A DNA stretch of 62,807 nucleotides, filler included, from Platydemus manokwari (lineage: Eukaryota), in NCBI GenBank assembly GCA_037951405.1. It is 5 parts of 5 records of this genome, joined end to end, with 100 filler letters (N's around TTAATTAATTAA, not from the genome) between each part and the next. Parts side by side here need not be neighbours in the genome. Positions count along the whole stretch, not along the records: positions 1 to 12,083 come from JBBMOY010312225.1; positions 12,184 to 25,038 come from JBBMOY011940271.1; 3 more parts are not named here. One strand, given 5' to 3'. Below the pieces are notes generated by a model. That model saw only the letters and a list, made by a program, of their open reading frames with translations. It searched no databases and had not been told where the DNA came from. Both the position numbers and the translations under genes were made by a program. Numbering within the stretch: position 1 is the stretch's first letter; every line of letters starts with the position of its first letter. Below are positions 1 through 14,930 of the stretch, piece by piece.

Positions 1-3000
1 AATAACAATTCGAAAATAAATTAAGAACTAGTATATTAATTATATTATATGCATTTCTTTTTTATTAGATGTGATATAAAAATCGAAATCATAATCTGAT
101 TGACAGTACTTGGAAAATTATTGATGATGGATGTTATCTTTCTTTGACAAAGTCAGTAAAGTTAACCAAATGTTTATTAATATTGAAAAGTAATAATTAA
201 ATATACTTTTGAATAATTATTTTCTAAAAATTTATCAAAATATCGTTGCAATCTACTTTTCCTCCTGCATCTTAAATGTTTATCTTATTTCAAGACAGAA
301 AAATTTTACTTTTTACTGCATTAGTACCAGAATTAAGTAGTAAAACTAGAGAAATGCCTTTATTCCGTACTGATAGACTGAGCTTCACGTAAAATTGCCT
401 TTAACATGCGATAATGTAATGCAAGTTCGACTGAATTTTGTGAAATATAATTTTTAAAAAATCCATTCTTCCACTGGTTACATAATAGTATACCAAACTG
501 TAATGGAATAGAAATAGGAATTTAAAAATAACTTTTTTCTCTGTTGGCTTTTTATAATCATCTGTGCTTTAATTTGTAAATATTTTACTATATTTTATTA
601 AAATTATTTTCCTTAACCATGGTATTTAATTTTAAATGTGGCGTTATCCATTTGGTTATAAGAATGGATTTATTTCCCAATGATTAAAAATGTGATTAAA
701 TCTCATGGCTTAATAAATTGGAAAAATTTTGTATTTAGTTTTAATTTATGTTAAAGGTGGTGCAATGAGTGCTGTTTGGAAAATAAAACAGGAATTTATG
801 ATAATGATAAGGGACAATAAATTATCAAAAAGGTATGTAGAGATTCATTCTTGTACAAATTGCACAGAAGAACAATAGAAGCGGCAACTAATTAATTTAC
901 CAATTATAAATTGATTATAGACTGCATTATTGCTGACCTCTCTTTATTCCAATGATTGCTGCAATGATTTTCCATCAGTAGATTTTTAATTATTTCTTTA
1001 ATTAGTTTTATTATTTAGTTATTGTGATTTATTATTTCTATTTATTTAATTGTTTCGTAAAATTTTTGTAATTTATTTTATTGTTGATGTCTTCTATTGA
1101 TTTTCACGTTTATTATCAGCTCAAGATTCAAGGCTATAAAAATAACTCCTGTCATAATTATTAACCACACAGTATTGTTTAATCGTCACTGTCCAGTTCC
1201 CTTGCATCTTTTCCTCTGGTTTTGTATTGCTCTCTTAATTCAATTTTAAGATTATAGAACCAATTAAACAAATAGAAATACGAATATACATTGCTACTTA
1301 ACTGTTTCTGACTATACGTTGATATTAGGAATTGGATTATGAAGCAACACCTTTGGGAGATTGTTATTTATTATTTTTATGATTATTCTCGACACATTTC
1401 CTACGTGATTAAGATAATTCAGTGAGTGATACAACTCAGAAATTATTGTTTTTCATTAAGAAATTAAGGGAAAGAAGGATCTAACTAACGATAAATCTTG
1501 TCATTTTAAAAGCACACTTTAGATTTGTATAAATCAATAAAAATGATCACTTGGTATTAGTTATCTTTTATGCATTACTTTCAGTTTGGAAGAAAAATAT
1601 GCACACATTATTGTTGTGGTAAAACTCTTCAAATATTTATGATGTCTGTAAAATTGTCAATAATCGATACCAAAATTTAATAAATGTTCTCAATTAGAGA
1701 TTCTAAAATTAGGAGATCTGATTTAAAACACTAAACACCGCAGATTTGATTACAATTTCAGTTATAAGATAAATCAATCTAAACTAACTATTGATAGACT
1801 AATCTTCAAACCCATATGAGATTAATTAATTTCTTTAATGGCGTTTTTAAGCATATTTCCAAATTTTTCCAGAACATGGTGGCATTATTGGAAATACACC
1901 ATAAATTCAATTATTTGTCAAATCGAAAAAAATTGGTCACATGTTACTGATTCTGTAATATTTTTGTTTCAATATTCATCTAATCGAAAATCATTTAAAA
2001 TCAATTTCAATTATTCGTAAACATTTTTGCATAATCAATATTTCCATTATCAATTAAAATTGAATTAAGCTAATTGATTTTTGGATTTAAGTTCTTTTAA
2101 AAGATTATTTCAAACGTTGTAAATAAACATTGCATTTGAATCAAGGAGGATTATATTTCCCTTTCATTAGTTCTGGATATGTACTAAATCATTTAACCCG
2201 ATTACAAAATCAAGCAAAATTACAATCAATATTGTATTTAAATCATTTTATCTTTTATTTGGCAAAATTACTAATTCTTGATTATTTTACAATATTATTG
2301 ACCAATCGAATTTTATATGCTCTAAGTAAAATAAAATAATGAATGCTACTTTTTAAATAGAAATTGTAATAGGTTTTGTAAAAGTTTCTGTCAACGACAT
2401 TCTTCAAAATTGATTAAAGCTCCTATAGACTTTGTTTAAAAAACTGTTGTGTTCCAGTGCATCTAAAGGAGATATTTTTGTGCGAAATTTTATGATAGCT
2501 TCGCCGTTTATATACTATCTGATTTGTGAATAATTTTCATTTTTACCAAGTCGATTTACTGCGTTGCCGTGGTGACAGAAATTTAATTTTAAAAACCTAG
2601 GGCATTTAATGAAATTCCTACGGCAACGGGTTTTTCTCCAAATCAGTCATTGGTGATTTAAATTTTATTCTTATAGGATTTACGCCTATATTGGCCTTAA
2701 TTAATTTTTTATATATTATGTATATAATTTAATTATTTTAATTAATTATACATATATTTATGTATATTCATCTATGCCGTTATGACTTATACATCTAAAA
2801 ATATTAAATATGTTGTTTTACTCTTATGATTTACTTTTATTTTTATATTAATTTAGATTTATTTATTTTGTGTCACTTTTTACTGTTGTTTTTCTTTTTT
2901 GGTATTTGTTTTATATTAAATATTGATTTGTTATTTCCCCTTTACCATTAATAATTATTTTAAATTATGTGATCTATTTGTAGATTTATTTTAATCTATT

Positions 3001-3984
3001 TTTAGGAAAATATTTATTTAATAATTATCTTCTTACTAGTGGGATCTGTTATCAACAAAACTTTGGATTTGTAACTGTAATGTTAAAGATTTATGGAATA
3101 AAAGAATATTAAATTACGTACTTATATAGCTGGAAGCATAAGAAGCCATCGATTTCAAAGAACTAAATACATATTGCAGTATTAACTAAGTGGCATAAAT
3201 AGAAAATATTTATTTAATCATTAAAACAACACATTGCACGAATTAAGAATGTTCCTCATTTATATTGAATGTATTTTTTGAGAACATTTTAGGTTAATTT
3301 TTGGAAGTAACTCAATAATTTTACATTTAATTCACTATTCTCTAGATATTCAAGGGAAAATAATTATGTTCTCATCGCTTTTTAAAAAATTCAAAAATAT
3401 CTAAAACTTTTCTTATCTTGTAATAATTGAAAAAGCATTCCACTGCGACGGTAGTCTTAGAGGTCGCTTTTAATCACATTTTTTAAAAATCAAACGTAGA
3501 GTGATTGATAAATCAGATCATTATAGCAACCTAAACAATGAGAAAAAAGTATACACAGGCGATGATTTACAAATTAAAAGTATTCAATCAGAAATTCTAT
3601 TAATTAACGACTGCTATTAATCGGACCTTCGTGGTATGTTAATAAAGAATAAATGTTAAAAACCATGGTTTATTATTTTCTAATACTGTACCTGTAACAG
3701 ATAGAAAAGAATCTTATTAATTTTAAAAACAAATTTATTCAAAATCCTATTAAAAAAGCTCCTTTAAAAAGAAATGAATTTATTTTTAAATTAAAAAAAT
3801 TATAATTGTTGTTGGAATATCATAATAAAAATCCTAAATGAACTATTTTCTTATTAATTAGGTCGTTCATATTAAGTTACGTCATTCGAAATTGCAATCG
3901 TAATATTTATTCTATAAACAGAACTGATCCATAAATCATTTATTTAAACAAATATAACGTGTTTGTTTATTTAAACATGTTATT

Positions 3985-5900
3985 CGACTCCTCTTAAGGT
4001 CCGCTTCATCTTCTCAGCTACTCAAGTCGTCTGGATTTATCGCATAAGGAAATTGAATCTCCCTATGTCTGTCTGATTTGAACCCGGTAGTTGGATGGAT
4101 GCCTTCGTACTGGTATCCATTCTTCTTCCTCTTATGGGAATCTACTCTAAATTGCACCTTCAGCCCACCTAAAAGATTCGATGAATTTGTATTCCCTTGT
4201 CTTGGTTAGACATTATGTTGGCTGTCACCTTAGAATGTTCTCTAGCTGCTGCTATAATATCACCTCGAGTCTGGCTCTTGTGACTCACATCCGTATGGAC
4301 ATTGATATTCCTCCCGTAAATAATCTCGAAAGGTGAGATTGATGTTGTTGATTGATGGGATGCGTTGATGCAGAACTCTGTCCTTGGCAATAATTCACCC
4401 CAACTTTTCTCGGAGCTCTTGCCCTTTAAGGAGGATGCTATCACATCTCGTACGTCTTGAAGACACTCTCCACTATTCCGTTCGATTGATGTTGGTATGG
4501 TGAACCGAATTCTTGTTTGATTCCATATTTGCCTAAAAATCTTTTGTTGTTATCAAATGGAATGCACTTTAGCTTTCCTGGCGGTAATGACTACTAGTTA
4601 CTCTTTGTTACTATGCACCTTGTTTATTTGAACAATGTCCACTATTTGCTCTTGAAATTCAGAACCTAACCAAGGAAGTAGAAACGCCTTTGTTCTGAAT
4701 TGATCAACCTTTCTCTTTGCACAGCTAGTTTGCCGCATTATGTCTCGTCTCGCACTATTAACATAGTGTCTCGTTGATCCTAGACAATCCATCTGAATTC
4801 CTAGGATTCTCACCTTTTCTGGATCTTAAATGGAAATCGTATTCTGACAGAACCACCATCCTTGTTTGAAATCGAGAGCTGAAAAGCTTTCCGTGTCGAG
4901 TTCAAGAATTGAAGGGTCTTGTGGTAGGATCTTGCCACGAATTTTTTTCCGTACAATTATTGTCTAACGTAAATAATAAACAGTGTAGAAGTTGATGGAT
5001 ATCAGGTATAGGGAAACTAAATTTTTCTGTCACTCCATTGAGTCTTCGATAATCCACACGCATATGAATGAATCAGTTCTTTTGTCCTACGATGCCTAGG
5101 GGTAAATTCCAAGCACTCTTATTATCTTATTACTCCTATATTGAGCAAGTTTTCTATCACATCATCGATTTTTGCTTCTAGGGACATAGGTTGTGTTCTG
5201 TGATTCTGTGAAGTAGGATTTCCGATAGTTATGATATCGTGAACAACTAAGTTGTTTTTGCTTAGATACAATTTTGAAGTCGTGAATATTTTTCCATATT
5301 CTTTGATGAGTCTATTCATTCTACCCGCATTCCCAGTCTTGATCGTTTCGAGTGCGTGTTTCGACCTTTCTTCATCTGTATATTTGTCGTTCCAGTATGA
5401 GGAATCAATTATGACCAAATTCTTTTTACCAGTTTCTTTTTCTTTTCTTTTCAATCAGCAAGCACTTCTGCATAGCTCAGAGGGAGTTCGGCACCCGTTT
5501 TAAACACTCCACTAAACGTAATGAAGCTATCTTGTAATTTTGGGCTTCCCACTTTCTTACAACACCTCTTGTTCATCACTGTGAAAGTCGCCCTTAAATC
5601 TCACAAGATCTCTACTTCAGATCCGTTGATTATCACGTTACTCCGCATCCTAGCGTCGTCCTTCTTAAATATCTATTCACATCTGATTTCATTTCGAATT
5701 TTCTTGTTGACTATTGATTAAACCCTACTAACAAAATATATACAACGGAATTTGGTGGGTTTTTTAGTCTTTAACCTCGTGCATCACTGAGTCTTCGATT
5801 GAATCAAATTGTTCCTCGGCTTCGCGCTGAATGAATAAAATTCTATCTTCTTCTCCATGTCTGGCACCTCGTATTAAATGACACAATATGAAATGATGGC
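3985..5900 (-). mobile_element. Decayed Ty3/Gypsy LTR retrotransposon pol remnant (RT, RNase H end, integrase), with internal deletions
   Basis: Minus-strand peptides across frames: KIDDVIENLLNIGVIR / KSAWNLPLGIVGQKN..MRVDYRRLNGVTEKFSFPIPDI (Gypsy RT), and GIKQEFGSPYQHQSNG..DVIASSLKG..SWGELLPRTEFCINASHQSTTSISPFEIIYGR (rve integrase). Stops and frameshifts are present. No LTRs were identified, so the ends are approximate. Confidence 0.88.
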
Positions 5901-7159
5901 TTTCTAGTTCGCTTATTAAACATTTGTGCCATAGAGGATTTTGGCTTCTCTAGCGTCCTCTTTCTCCACAGCAGAAGCAATTAACCACGTTACTTATTAT
6001 GTCAGGATTTAAGACGTCTTATAAAATATACGATGACATTAATACGACGACATTAATACGACGACAGTGTGAATCTAGGAATTTTGTTTTATCAAATGTT
6101 TCTCTTATCATATTTAAAGAAAAATATAACAATCTTATTTTTATCTTGGGCAACTCGAAATTGATAATATATGTTGCAAAAATTATATATATGCTAACTA
6201 AATTTATTTATATTTTATTATTTTTATTTTTATTTCTAAGAAACATGGATTACGAGATGGAATTATTCATATATTTTCATATATTTCTGTTATAACCAAT
6301 GAGTGATCGAATCTAATCAAATTAGTATCATAATCAGATATGGATTGCTGAATTGATATTTTGAAATAATATTTTCTCTATTTCGATTTATCTAACTCTG
6401 GAATCAACTTGAAATTCTTAAAATATTGTCGAATATGATGCCATAGCAAAACTAAAAATGTCTGAAAGTTTCTCAAATTACATATTATGGCCTCGTAGAG
6501 ACAACAAATACAACAAATAATTCTCACTTGTTTGCAACCAAAAATAAAATAATTATAATTAATAATTATTTTATAATATGATGCGAATAATCAATATTTT
6601 TACAGCAAACCAGTATTTCATTTCGTATGTTTGCCAAGATAAAATGTGTCGTTTAAAATAAAACCCTTAATATTATCCAATGATAATTAAGCTGAATACG
6701 GTATATCAACCTCACAAATAATCAGTAAAAGACCAATAATATTTCAGAAGAATGTAAAAAATAAAGTAAGAAACTAAAACCAATTAAAATCTGACCAAAC
6801 TTATCCTATTATATTGTGAGTCAACAAAAGTAATAAACACAACTTGGTAATCATGATCATAACACACCCATCATCGAGGCAACAATAGATATTCAATTTG
6901 TAATAAACAGGAAAAGAAAAATGAAGTAAGTTGATAGCTTACAAATGTAGTGAGGAAGGTATAAAATAAGTTTTTCAAAATTTCAAAAACTAGGTTGACT
7001 AGTATATAAATAAATTCTATACTAAATGGAATTATTATTATCTACAGAGAATTTTGAAAGTTAGAATTCGTATTTATTAAAAACCATTAAAAAATTATAA
7101 AGAGCAACAGTCGGAATGATCATATCAAAATCCATGCTTCAAATTATAGGGAAATTCTC

Positions 7160-7175
7160 TTTTTCTCTCTCTCCC

Positions 7176-7201
<26 letters not shown>
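7160..7201. repeat. (CT)n followed by (AT)n microsatellite
   Basis: ttctctctctccc followed by about 12 AT dinucleotides. Confidence 0.9.
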
Positions 7202-7207
<6 letters not shown>

Positions 7208-9149
7208 GCGGAGTACATGACAAATATAATAGTACTGACGTAATTATGGATTCTTAATTCAATTATTCATTTATTCAGGTGTGACATTTATTCATTACTT
7301 TGGATTTTCGACTTAAATTGAGATGATGCGTCGAAGGGTTAAATTTAAAAAAGTCGGTAAATGTTTTACGCGATTATTTTAATTAATATTTCTTATGATA
7401 ATACGATACATGTGCACACGAAAAAGTAGATTTGGCGTTATTTTTATTTTTATAAATTGGTAAATTATTAAGTAGTTGAAACTGATTCTCCAAGTAATGA
7501 GGAAAATAACTTCGAAATATTTGTATTATTATTATTATTATTTCCTTTGAATATTAATTGGAATTAATTATGGTGTAGAATTGTGTCATTTATTCAGTTT
7601 TAAGGAAACTCTCATTATATTGTTAAGAGAGGCTATAAGCACAATTTTGTGATGGCAATATTTCGTAAAATAACTTCATTAGCATCGATAAATATTATAA
7701 TTTGAAGCTGTTATCTATTGTTTATTTTGTAGAATTGTGTTTTCAGTTTCTCAAAGTGCTATATTGAGATTAGCACCCAACTAAATTATTGAATTTGTTT
7801 TGTCATTTATTGATTATTTAGAAGCTAAATATTATTTTATCTACAGAGTTAATTTTAACACATTTTCTGAAAACCGAGTTAGATTTTTTGTTATGATTTA
7901 TTCGGACAATAATATTAAAAAAAATCAAGTATTCTTCCAAAACATTTTAACGCTTTGAGATAAAATAACATACATTTCACTTTTTTTGCTCATTAATTAG
8001 TGATAAATTAAATATTTATACAATTTTTCCCAGCATTGTTTCCAGATGATTATAATTATAATGAACTGAATTTTACGTTTCGAATAGCTACGACGTAAAA
8101 ATGTTTAACATTCTTATGCGAATAGAGAGGTATTGATAATAAAAAAATATCATATTTTTTTGGTGCTCGTTGGTGGATTACAAAAATTGATGAACATTTT
8201 TCTATATAGTTAGATAGAATAAATACAATATTGATATCATAAATTGTGCCACATTAATTGTCGAGTTGATAATAATTAGTAAAATAATATTGTGCTTGCG
8301 TATTTCTGGTTTGGATTTACAGGCTTAATAAAATGTTTGAAAACAAAACTTCTTTAACAAATAAAATAGTCGAGACCATCAGAATAAATCGTCTCCATAT
8401 TTTTCAACTAATATTAAAATTTTAAAATATAGACGATAATGACATTAAATATTCTGGAAATGCATGAAATATTTTATCTCAAAACTGTCGTTCGACCAAT
8501 CAAGGCAAACAGTAATCAGTGAAGTGGACATATTTTATAAAGTGTAATCTATATAATCAACATCTTGTATTATCTCCATCGTTTCGAGTGATTATTGAAA
8601 CTGTATGTTTGAATGATCTAGGATATAAATAAATTTTAAATATAAACATTTATCATTGGAATTTCTATTTATTCACAGAAATGATTTCGAAAATGCATGT
8701 CAATTCTTTCAATCATTGACGTAATTAATAAAATTTAACATTAAAAAATTATAAATTATTTAAATCGGATTTTCGTTTTAAAGACTAAGATATTATTATT
8801 AAGATTTAGTAGAAATTTTTTGAGTGGTAAAATATAATATTATAGAACAATTTGTTTAAATGAATCAATTTAATAATATATGTACGAACATTGTAAAAAC
8901 AGACCATTATTGACAATAACTGCCAGTCGTTATAGGTCGCTAACCTTCATTCTGTTCTGTAACTTTTGTCTGACACCCAATCTTCTTGGTTGTCTTCTGT
9001 TCTGTAAATTTGTTGTTTTGTATAATTTTATATCGTGTTGTAGTACGATTTTAATGGTATCTGCTGATGAGTTGAGCATGTGATTCTTTGTAGTTGAAAT
9101 AGTATTTTTCAGATTTCATTATTAGATAATATCTTACAATTCTAAACAT

Positions 9150-11820
9150 GACTACAACAGAACATTCTTTCACACATCAAATTTTCGAATCCCTCTTCTT
9201 TATCTATTTTCCTCAAACATTTTATTTTGAGGTTACCTCTGAATTTTCTCTTACTTAAAAAGGAAATTTGTCCGATCAAAAAAAGTTAATTTATCATAAG
9301 GGAACAAAATAAAATATTAAATCAGAATTGCAACTGTTGAGAAAGACAAAATCTTTCAAAAGAATAAAGGATTTGCACCTTGGGATCATTGTTTTAGCAT
9401 TTAAAGAATTTGCATACCTACCCAACTATACTGACATGGCAATCATCAAACCACAACTAACTTAGATGAAACAACAATTTGAATAAAAGGCATAGCCACA
9501 CAGTATCACACACATAGGGATCGACCAATCCTGTATATACAAAAACTAACAAGTCCAATAGAAAAATGACAAAATAAAGATAAAATCGGAATGTGATATA
9601 AAAGTGAAACGAAAATTGCACATAGATTACGGATATAAAAACCTATGCAAATATGGTCAACTGCCAGTTGGAAGTCAAGTTTTGGTTGTATTTTTGAGAT
9701 ACTGTTTTGAGTTTTTGAGTCGTGCTGATTAGGACTTGTAACAGAAATAAAGTTTACAACCTTCGAAATTTTAGTGTCAGCAATTATTTGGTTATCCAGC
9801 ATTTATTACCATCACAATAATAAAATAAATCTCATTCAAAAATAAAATCACAATTGGTCTCAGCACACTTAAGAATAAAAGAAGCAAAATTTCACATGAA
9901 TGATTGACAATTTTTTGCTCTGAGTCCAGTCAGAATAAAATGTAAATTTTGGATGTATTGATCAGTGTCTAGTTCATTGATTTTTATTTATTTTAGATTT
10001 TTAAGTCCTGCTAGTTATATTCTATTGGTATGACTCGATTAGAAGTTGACATAATGTAAGAGTGATGTTCGAGGAGTACCTGATTACCTACTGGGATAGT
10101 GAGTTACACCTATTAATGAAGTCTCTTTCAAGACCTAATTTCAGAATTTTTATGCAAATTTGAGTTATGTTTATAACCACTCGATATAACAGAAATTAGA
10201 GGTTCCCTTGCCGTAAACTGATCAATTGTAAAATCAAACATGTTCAAGAATGCAATATCTTATCGTGATAAAACATTGGTATACATAATTCAATATGTTC
10301 TTGATTTAAAAATGTTTTACTCATCTCTTATGAACAAATCGACACAAACAAACAGATAGGAAATGATGAATAGATACAAACAAAATTGCCTGAAGAAAAT
10401 AATCAAGAAAAATTTGGTTACATAAAAGACTTAATAAGGCATAAAAATTTAAGATGAAATTTGAAAAAAAACTTGTAAAATTCTAAAAATGAATTTTTTA
10501 AGCAAATTAAGAGTTGATAAGAATAATTTTTAATGGTTTACAAAAACAAATACAAAATTTATTTGTAAATAGAAATGTTCTATTTTTATTTCAAAATATT
10601 TTGCAATAAAAAAATTAGAAATTATAGCCATTTCAACATAATAAAATAGTGTACATGGAGAGGGACTTATTCCCGACAATCAGTAAAAAGAGAGGTGAAA
10701 TGAGTACAGAGATCTTCTTACTCATTTATGTACAAACAAATTATTAAATCATTTGATAAATTGTAATTGTGGAGAGTACTGTTGAGGGAGTTATAAGCGT
10801 TTGTGGATGGTTCATCACTAAATTGAATCGATAGGTAATGAAGCGTCATTCAACGAATATCAAATATCTAGATCTGTTGAAATCTATCTTTTAATTAATG
10901 AAGAGTTTATAAGGAAAATGTACTCTAGTTGTCCTTATAATTTTTATAATTAGCATACACTTTAAATTGAATTGTACGTGTTTGGATGTTTGTAATTTCG
11001 ATGAGAATTGAAGCTGTATACATTTTTATGAAGTACAGTTTAGGACAATTAGCTCATGTCTTTAATCTGAGGACACATAACTAATTAAACCAGTTAAGTC
11101 TAATTTAACAAATTAACGGATGGTTGATCAAATGTGAATTATCGATAAAAACCATGCATTGAGAATTTGGTAACATTAATTTTTAGATGTAATTTGAGGC
11201 AATTTTCTTGAGCATAGATTCCTTTTAATTTTACCCAGTCCCGAACCGTTCGAACTACAGGCTGTGCAAGTGCCTGTGTTTGATAAACATAACCAAATTT
11301 TAGCATGAAACCAATATTTAAACATCTTCCATATAAGCCTGCTTTAAAATGGTTTGCATTTGCCAATCAAAATACTTTTCGATTTACCAAATTTATAAAT
11401 TCACCAATTGAAAATTACCTCGAAATTCATCTTCTCTTGTTTTGATATTAATTCGACACTCATAAACTTACGGTGTGAGCAATATTCACAAAACCTTTTG
11501 CAAAATATCTGAACTAACAAAATTATTTTATTCAGTAAAAAATCAGTCTCGTACTCAGGTCTTAGTAAGTTTTCTTTAGATCATTTTATCACAAGAATTA
11601 GTATTTGTGTATCCAAGGTCAATGAGTTTTTAAAACCACTCCCTCTCCACAATATAAACAATTGCAAAAAGGTAATCCCCTACCATATTTATTACGCCAC
11701 ATTCAATAAACCTAGGGTCTTCATCGTCATAAATTGGTATATTTGTATATAATGCGCTAGTAAAGCACGCATTGAAAACTAACTGAAAAATCGCCATACC
11801 AGATAATATTCAACATGCAA
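9150..11820 (-). pseudogene. Heavily decayed membrane-protein gene, possibly adhesion-GPCR-like (signal peptide, ectodomain, multi-TM)
   Basis: Signal-peptide-like MAIFQLVFNACFTSALY near 11800. Hydrophobic segments such as CIGFYIRNLCAIFVSLLYHIPILSLFCHFSIGLVSFCIY lie near 9500-9650. Many stops and frameshifts; the family assignment is a visual guess. Confidence 0.22.
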
Positions 11821-12083
11821 TTATTTAAAAAAATAAATATTTTATAAAAATATCTATTTAAAATCCTTCAAATAAAATTATTTTCAAATCCTCATAGTAC
11901 TGATGCTATTTTTTCAGACTCCAAAATTCTACATATTCAAAATCGATAATGCATGTACTTTTCATTTGAAATTTTATTTCTCCATGTTATATTATTTTAA
12001 TGAATCTTTATTTAATGAATATTATTTTGGCTCACGGTCGATTTCAAACCTTGGCATTGTTCCCTGATATTAGATATGCCTCT

Positions 12084-12183
12084 NNNNNNNNNNNNNNNNN
12101 NNNNNNNNNNNNNNNNNNNNNNNNNNNTTAATTAATTAANNNNNNNNNNNNNNNNNNNNNNNNNNNNNNNNNNNNNNNNNNNN
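12084..12183. other. Artificial contig linker (44 N + TTAATTAATTAA + 44 N)
   Basis: An identical 100-bp six-frame-stop spacer occurs four times. Confidence 0.97.
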
Positions 12184-13479
12184 AATAGGAATAATCGATA
12201 ATAATCATCGAAAATAAAGAAAAATTGTTCATAAAAACACTAAGTATCTGAATACCTTATATTCATCATTATTATGATTGGATGAAATAAGTCCACATCT
12301 TATATATTAATCGATGTAAACCATTAATACAGAATCAGGTGACCTGAAGAGCCCTCTGAAAGATGTAGCTATTCAATCAATATTTGAACGATTTATCGCA
12401 ATTGCAAATAAAGATTATTTAAAAACTCAATTGCTTCTCTATAAATCATTGGTCGGAAGTTAACATAAAGACGTTGATGTGATGGGAATACACACGATAT
12501 AAAGAATGTAATACAAAAAAATCTTGGAGAGTTTTTGTTGGAAAATTAAATGAAAAACTTTTTGACCGATAATACAATGAAAAATCATTAAAGAAAAATC
12601 GTTATATCGATTTTGTTTTCTATATAGCATTCAACATTGACATTTTAATCGTTTTTCTTAACAATATAAAAGTGAGTGTGGAGAGCCCGAAATTTCATTA
12701 AAAGTTCCCAATTATATTTTGACATTTAAAGTATTGATTTTGATGATGATTGCAAAGATGATCACCAGATGCAAATGTGGAAATACTTCGGAATTAATAA
12801 CCAAATAATCTTAATCAATATTTTAAAATGTACTCGTAAAATGTTGAGTTTGAAAACCGGTAAATATAAGGTCACCATTCAAAAATTATCCGTGAGCAAG
12901 AAAAATGGTTATTACTTACAAGAATAAGTTCAATATCCAATGGGTTGTCAGTCTCATTCATTTCAATTAAACAAGTATCTTTCCCGTGATTTTATGGAAC
13001 ATCGTACCAGAGTCAATCCCGGTTAAATATTTATGTGAAAACACTTTCGGTATTTATCATACAGTTGGTTAGTTGCCGAAATTTCTTCATTATTGATATT
13101 CAAATCAAAAGTCATGTTTACAACGGAACAAAAAATCTATTCGTCAATACATCAATTTTTAAACAAAATTTAAACAATAAATTTAAATTTATTTCCATCT
13201 GATTTGTCTTCACTTTTAATTCAAAATAAAAATGTCCACGTTTTTATATTACATCTTATTTTATTAAAAGATTTAAATTTTTGTTTAATGATTTTATTAA
13301 TTTAAAAACTGAGAGGTTGACAGTATTTTTTAATCGAGATCATTTTATAAATATTAATATCGTGTATTTATTTTTATTAAAAAAATTTCAAAAACATCTT
13401 TTAACTTAAATTTTTATAATTTTAATCTCAAGCAAATTTTAATTGTTTATCGCATTTTTAAATAAACTTCACACTATTA

Positions 13480-14930
13480 TTGTTGTCATTAAACAATGTT
13501 ATTGTAGCCTGTTGTTTGTAACCAGAAAAGCGATTAATATTTCTGATGATATCCAGTCACAAATCAACTAACTTTATTGATTTGAGATTGTTTTATAATA
13601 ATATAAAAACGATTTGTGGAAAATATCACGAACGAGATCGAAAGATATTTCTTATTGAGTTTGATCCATTTGTGATTGGATAATAGCATAGCGATCAATG
13701 TTCAACGAGTTACTGAAATCTCATGTTGAAATGAGAATAATTGTCGCTGACATGTAAACCAGAATCACTAAGTATTTTTACAAAAATATAATCAATTCGA
13801 CCAGCTCATTACCTTCAAATATCTTAAATGAGAACGGAAATGTGATCGCATAATTCATCTCAGACCCGTTTTGATATGAATCCATAATAAATCAATAAGT
13901 ATCAAATCAGTATGAATAAAATATAAAAATATTGATAGTAAAAATTATCGAAACATATCGACAATGTTTTAAATTGGCAGCAACAATTTGATACAAGTTT
14001 GGTAAATGAGGTAAATTATATTCAATCAGTTCGTTTTCCCGTGGCGATACTAGTTGGTTTAATAATTGTGGATTGTCGAAATTTCTCAATTGAAAATGTT
14101 AATTTTTAGTTTGGACAAAAATTTGGTGGAAAATTTCATCGATAATGGGAATCGATGGCGAATTTCAGTAAATTTCTACGATTATTTCATGACAGATAAA
14201 TAATCGATGATAGCATTTGATGACGATTTTTTTTCTGACAGAATATATACTGATAAGTATATTTCATAATTCCATCAACGATCATAATCTTCGGGAAGGG
14301 CTTCAATAATAATATTCATTGATTTCTTTCATTAAAAATGATACTTTGGTAATTTGATTTCTCATTGAATTCGATTCCAATTTCGTTCTGGTTCCAGTCG
14401 GATTACAGGCAAAATATAATTGACATATTTCCTGTGAATCAATCGATTTGCATGTTGTTGTCTGATTTGCGTTGAATGTCACAGACACGGTCAATGTTTT
14501 ATGTGAATTAATTCCGAAATTGATATCAATAATTGATAAATCAATACATCACTGCGTTACCAAGGTGATTATTCATTGGAAACCATTTGACACACAAAAA
14601 ACATTCAAAATCAAGAGGAAAATTCGAAAAATTCAATGCGGCAATTTGTTTTTATCGAGAATTTTTTTTTATTGGGAAGCATAATTTTCAAAGAATGTTT
14701 ATTCTTGTGTGGGAAATAAAATCGGACCGGAATGGAAGATTTGAAAAGACTTATCGGTGAACATTGTGTTGATTAATAGACACATATTTATACGAGTGTT
14801 GGGCGGGTCACACATCGGTAAGGAATTTATCGCCCTTATCAGAACATGTCGCCTGCAAAAATGTTTACAAATTTTCAAAAGCTTCTGCAAAAATTCTAAA
14901 CGAGACAATTTTTTGTTTAAATTAGTGTGA
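13480..14930 (-). pseudogene. Decayed coding region of unknown family
   Basis: Successive 60-70 aa minus-strand ORF pieces (14699-14908, 14303-14494, 13907-14089) with protein-like composition, broken by stops and frameshifts. No family recognised. Confidence 0.3.

Noticed and set aside
1480-2340. Possible very old hAT transposase remnant on the minus strand
   Set aside because: Only a faint FSSKLK-like motif; too decayed to support.
2776-2812. gccgttatgacttatacatctaaaaatattaaatatg loosely resembles a planarian-type spliced leader (GCCGTTA...ATG, recalled from memory)
   Set aside because: It needs several gaps, has no GT donor after the ATG and no evident Sm site, and is easily a chance match in AT-rich DNA.
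12128-12139. Palindromic TTAATTAATTAA repeated four times between N runs
   Set aside because: Artificial six-frame stop linker, not biology.
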